This document shows, one piece after another, positions 59,575-64,000 of a DNA stretch of 64,000 nt. Origin of the DNA: an uncultured Bacillota bacterium (GTDB lineage: Bacteria; Bacillota; DTU025; MWDF01); contig CAWGMK010000005.1 of the NCBI GenBank assembly GCA_963823655.1, positions 25,439 through 89,438 of the forward strand, read 5' to 3'. The position numbers and the translations under genes were made by a program. Each line of letters opens with the position of its first letter. Positions within the stretch are counted from its first letter, which is position 1. A model generated the notes under the pieces. The model worked only from the letters and a program-made list of their open reading frames with translations, had not been told where the DNA came from and ran no database searches.

Positions 59575-60390
59575 TCATTTGAGAATGATGTTTATCTCGT
59601 CATAGGAAGTTATGGGCACCAAGCCGCATGCCAGGGCCGTTCTGTAGGAGGCGACATTATCGCGGTAGCAGTGCCAGCCTACGCGCAAGATGCCCTTGTT
59701 CGCAGTCTTTTGCAGATACTCGTCGGCCATGGCCTTGGCGAGCCCCAGGCGCTTATGGCCCCCCAGGACTTCGATGCCGATCTCAGCGCCGGCCGAGCAG
59801 GTAAACTCGGAAAGGCACCATCCCACGATCTCATTGCCCATCATAGCTGCAATGCCCAGATAATTCGAGCCCTTGGTGCCGATGCAGTCATACCTGTAGG
59901 CGCACTCGCCCCTTAAGAGCTCAATATTGCCGACATTCTCGTCTGATAGCAGCCAGTCGTCGACGTCTATCAAGTTGTAACCTTTGGCAACGGGGAAGCC
60001 CTTACGAGCAACTGGCGGCGCTGTTTCAAGATACTCGCTCTTTTTAATGAGCAAGTCCAACCCCGAAAGCAAGGGTAGCACCGCCTCGGTGAGGGCGGGG
60101 TCGAATATCCTCACGGGTATCCGGCTTGCTGCATGCCCTTCCAGCCTGTTGGTAGCCACCGGCCCGTTCAAAAAAACCCTTAGCAGATCCGAACGGCGGG
60201 CATCCTTTATGCTGCCTGCAATGTAAAGCCTGTCCTCATACCTGATGGCGCCAAGGCCGGGCGAGGAGGGTTCATCAAGCCAGGCGTCGCAGTTACCGAG
60301 CCCTTCGGCGGTTGCAACAAAGCGGATGATGCCGGAATGCTCTCCTAGCAGGCTAACAGCTGCACCAACTTGCTCTTTTTTGAAATTCAC
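59575..60390 (-). CDS. GNAT family N-acetyltransferase
   Basis: C-terminal EIGIEV...HKRLGLA, W.C...NVASYRTA..CG; AGGAGG RBS before GTG 60390. Confidence 0.78.
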   Translation of the reverse strand: MNFKKEQVGAAVSLLGEHSGIIRFVATAEGLGNCDAWLDEPSSPGLGAIRYEDRLYIAGSIKDARRSDLLRVFLNGPVATNRLEGHAASRIPVRIFDPALTEAVLPLLSGLDLLIKKSEYLETAPPVARKGFPVAKGYNLIDVDDWLLSDENVGNIELLRGECAYRYDCIGTKGSNYLGIAAMMGNEIVGWCLSEFTCSAGAEIGIEVLGGHKRLGLAKAMADEYLQKTANKGILRVGWHCYRDNVASYRTALACGLVPITSYDEINIILK

Positions 60391-60561
60391 AATGGAACCT
60401 CCTTGAGCAGCGATTTGTTCATGAGACAACAGATCAAACTGAATCCGCTGTAATTATGGCGCGACAGAGAGACGTCGTCAATGAAGACCGGAGATGGAAA
60501 GGAGCCCGGCTTTCCGGACTCCTCTAAGCTGCTATTGTTGTGTTTGCGACTAATCTTAGCG

Positions 60562-61014
60562 TTACTTGCCTTCAGTCGCGCCCGCGCCCATCATGCCCTT
60601 GATGTCAATGCCTTCGTAGGCTTTAAGCAGGGCATCAAGCTCTGTTGAAACCTTCTTGAGCTTGCCCATCCATGACTCCAGGTGCATAAGGCCGTCCTCG
60701 CTAATCGTGTAGATCCTTTTTGCGGGACCTGCTCCGCTAGTATCCCATTCGGAGTAGGTGAAGCCCATCATATCCAGGCGCCTCAGGGCCCTGTAAACCG
60801 CTGCCTGGTCGAGTTCAGTCTCCGTAACAGACAGCTTCGCCGCCTCCTGCGCAATCTGATAGCCGTGGGCCTTTCCCAATTTTGCAAGCGCTACCGCTAC
60901 CACTGGCATCATGAATCTATACATATTTCCAAATCCAGGTCCGCCCTCGCCGCCTCCGCCGAACCTGTGTCCCATGTGGCCGCCGAATCCGAAACCTTCT
61001 CTTCCGCCGTGCAT
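60562..61014 (-). CDS. PadR family transcriptional regulator with Gly/His-rich N-terminus
   Basis: HGYQI, VYRALRRL, SEW...GPAKRIYTIS..G. Confidence 0.88.
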   Translation of the reverse strand: MHGGREGFGFGGHMGHRFGGGGEGGPGFGNMYRFMMPVVAVALAKLGKAHGYQIAQEAAKLSVTETELDQAAVYRALRRLDMMGFTYSEWDTSGAGPAKRIYTISEDGLMHLESWMGKLKKVSTELDALLKAYEGIDIKGMMGAGATEGK

Positions 61015-61026
61015 ATTATCGCCTCC

Positions 61027-61076
61027 ATAAGTGTAACTTGCACTTATATATTACTAACATGAATATGTGATGTCAA
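61027..61076 (-). promoter_or_regulatory. Sigma70 promoter TTGACA-N17-TAATAT plus palindrome ATAAGTG-N7-CACTTAT
   Basis: -35 at 61071-61076, -10 at 61048-61053, inverted repeat at 61027-61047 over the predicted start site; probably PadR autoregulation. Confidence 0.65.
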
Positions 61077-61125
61077 TAGGGCTGCTTTATCGTTGAATAC
61101 ATTTTTAGATGAGGCAACGAATAGG

Positions 61126-61155
61126 AAGGCCGCCGGACGATTGCCCGGCGGCTTT
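61126..61155 (-). terminator. Terminator of the ATPase gene
   Basis: AAGGCCGCCGG...CCGGCGGCTTT. Confidence 0.5.
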
Positions 61156-61181
61156 GCTGCCTGTTGCATGCGGCATTGGGA

Positions 61182-63801
61182 CTATATTGGCCTCTTCCTG
61201 CTAGCGGCCTTGAAGGCCTCGAACCAGAGAGTACCGAGCATAGACACGCCCGCCGCGATTAGAAGGTCGACGGCGTGAAGGGCGTCGAAATGGAAGAGCA
61301 AGTTCAATGCGGGCAGGTACAGGGCGAGGACCAAAAACGAAAGGGAGCCGATAAGGACCCATCTGAATGCTGGGTTTCTTCTCTTAAAGGCGGTGAAACC
61401 TCCGCTGGTCCATGACCTGTTGACTGTGATCAGCCCCAAGTTCGAGAACACCAGGGCGGTAAAGGTCAAAGCCCTCGTATCGGCCTCGGGCTTCTTCAGG
61501 ACGAGCGTTGAAATCAAAAATACTGCAAGGACCGCGAGCAGTACAGCCAGGCCCTGCATTACGCCTATTCTTATTAGATCGCTGCCGAAAAGGGGCTTTG
61601 CCGGATCCCTGGGCGGCTTGTCCATTATGCCGGGCTCCTCCTGCTCCATCTCGAACACTACCGAGCATGAGGGGTCAATGATGAGCTCAAGGAATGCGAT
61701 GTGAACCGGCATGAGCACCAACGGCAGCTTGAACAGCACCGGTATAAGGGAAAGGCCTGCTATCGGGATGTGGACTGCGAAAATATAGGCCATTGCTTTC
61801 TTGAGGTTGTCGAATACCCTGCGCCCCTGGCGGACGGCTGCGACTATGGATGAGAAGTCGTCGTCCAAAAGAACAAGGGATGCCGCTTCCCTGGCCACGT
61901 CCGTGCCGCGAGCACCCATGGCTATGCCGATGTTTGCGGCTTTAAGGGCGGGTGCGTCATTTACGCCGTCCCCCGTCATGGCGACGATCTCGCCCTGAGC
62001 AATAAGTGCCTCGACTAGCTTGAACTTCTGTTCCGGCACCATGCGGGCATATATTGAACAGAGCTTGACCTTCTGCTTCAGCTCATCTTCGCCCATTACG
62101 CTAAGCTCAGGCCCTGTGATTACCATATCTGCCGGTGTAAGGCCAATCTGCCTTGCGATGTTCAGAGCGGTGCCCGGATAGTCGCCCGTAATCATGACGA
62201 CCCTGATGCCCGCCTTGTAGCATTCCGCGATGGCAGACGGCACAGATGGCTTTACCGGATCTGCCAAGCCTATCAGCCCGATGAATGAAAACTCGAATTC
62301 ATGCTGGCTCTCAGGCAGGCCCTTCTTGACCTTGGATACTGCCCTCGCAACTCCTAATACCCTCAGCCCGTCCGCAGCCATCTCAGTTACTGCCCTCATT
62401 ATCGGCTCTGCGCCTTCGGCTTCCATATGGCACAGGTCGAGTATGGCTTCAGGGGCACCCTTCGCCGCGACGACGTAGCTTCCTCCGTTGCCGTCGGGGC
62501 TCACCCAAACGTGGGAAAGGGCCAGCAGCTGGCTCGAAAGCGCGTACTCCTCAACAAGCTTCCAGTCGTCATGCAGGTGTTCGGTCTTGATCAGGCAGCT
62601 TCTGCCGAAGCTTGTAAGCGCCTTTTCCATAGGGTCGAACGGGTCGCGCTCGCTTGCAAGAAGCCCATATTCGACTACTTCATGGAATTTCTCCGGTATG
62701 CGGCTTTGTGCTGCGCCCTGTTTGGGATCCTTCCCATCGGTATCGGTGGTCTTCTCTGGGCTTGGGCATCCATTCGGCGCGAAGAAGCTGCCCTCGGCAT
62801 ACAGGCGCTCTACAGACATGCGGTTTTGAGTAAGCGTTCCCGTTTTGTCTACGCAAAGCACTGTCGCGGCGCCAAGCGTCTCGATAGCGGGCATGCGCCT
62901 GGTAAGCACGTTCTTCTTGGACAGCCTCCAGGCTCCGAGCGCCATGAATATGGTGAGCACAACAGGAAACTCCTCGGGCAACATCGCCATTGCAAGGGTA
63001 ATTCCGGCAAGCAATCCATGTACCCAATCGCCCCTGGTAAGCCCGTAGACGACAACGATAACTATAAATAGGCCAAGGCCCAGCAGGGCTAGGTTTCGGA
63101 CCAGCTTTCCGGTCTGCTTGTTCAGGCTGGTCTGCTCGGGCTGCAGGGTTTCCAGGGCCTTTCCTATCTTGCCCAGCTCGGTAGAGGAGCCCACCGCCTT
63201 TACGACGTATATGCCCTGGCCGCGGACAATAAGGGTGCCAGAGAAGACATATGGGGTCAGATCACCCCCGGGCGCGCCAACATCGGCCTTCAAATAGTCA
63301 GCGGCGTATGATTTCATGACGTGAAGAGACTCTCCGGTGAGCAGTGATTCGTCAGCTGAAAGGTTGTTGCACCAGATAACAACTCCGTCGGCAGGCACCC
63401 TGTCGCCCTCGGACAGCAGGACGAAATCGCCTGACACAACGTCTTTGCCCGCAATTCTAGATGCGCGCCGTCACGGATGACAAGTGCTCTGGGGCTGGAC
63501 AAATCCCTAAGCGCGTCGAGCGCCTTTTCTGTCTTCTGCTCCTGATATATGGTGATGCCCATGACTACGAAGACGAAGCCGAGGAGCATCAAGGCTTCCT
63601 GCCTGTCCCCGAGCACTAGATAGATGGCGCCGCAGGCCACTGAAGCAGGAACATCGGTTCCTTGATTACATCGAAGGCCGTCTGGAATATCGAGCGCCGC
63701 TTTCCTTCCGGAAGTTCGTTCGGGCCGAATTTCTGCCTGCTCTCCAGGACTTCAGCAGAGCTTAAGCCCTTCAGTTTCCTTACGTCGATTTCGTTTGGCA
63801 T
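61182..63801 (-). CDS. Cation-transporting P-type ATPase (type IIA-like); frameshifts at ~63640 and ~63455
   Basis: GLS...GPNEL, PEEFP, DKTGTLT, KGAPE, MITGD, TGDGVNDAP. Confidence 0.9.
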
Positions 63802-64000
63802 AGCCTCTCCTTTTGCCCGGCCGAGGTAAACAAAAACCTGCGGAGCCGGAACTTTCTCAAGTTTCGGTCCCGCAGGCTGTAAAAATCCTGCTGCTTATCG
63901 CCCAGCCCCACCTTCGGCGCTTTGTCCGCCGAAAATCGCCTGTTCCTACTTTCAATATTGGGTATGTGCATAAAATAACAGCTATCCGGGCATAAGTCAA

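Noticed and set aside
1-64000. rRNA, tRNA, CRISPR arrays, IS elements, prophage or BMC shell genes
   Set aside because: None recognisable in any intergenic region or ORF.

Overview
Gene-dense 64-kb segment of a moderately GC-rich, probably anaerobic bacterium, judged from GGAGG/GGGGGT ribosome-binding sites, sigma70-type promoters, a bifurcating-type ETF and a nickel-pincer LarA homologue. Two solute-binding proteins carry non-lipoprotein signal peptides, which hints at a diderm envelope. The window is mostly catabolic operons for unidentified sugars and (hydroxy)acids: (1) 39-12641, a sugar-ABC operon with a form IV RuBisCO-like protein, a Tm-1/UPF0261 protein, an MBL lactonase, two class II aldolases, RpiB/DerI-like and TIM/LerI-like isomerases, an FGGY kinase and a phosphomutase; (2) a Crp/Fnr-controlled DapA-family/TAXI-TRAP/PPC module; (3) a KdgK-flavoprotein-Zn ADH-OYE operon; (4) an RpiR-controlled 2-hydroxyacid dehydrogenase/class II FBA/GntP/FGGY operon; (5) a FadR-controlled operon with a 2-hydroxyacid dehydrogenase, LarA, a DRE-TIM synthase, a Liv-type ABC transporter, an atypical acetate kinase and a split UxaA dehydratase, followed by an LctBCD-like ETF complex. 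A more AT-rich three-gene cassette (PLD-SF2 helicase, MazG-like pyrophosphatase, HIT hydrolase) is a candidate anti-phage system. About 11 genes are broken by small indels, most likely long-read assembly errors. I saw no rRNA, tRNA, CRISPR array, integrase or transposase. All calls come from motif recognition by eye; no database searches were run.
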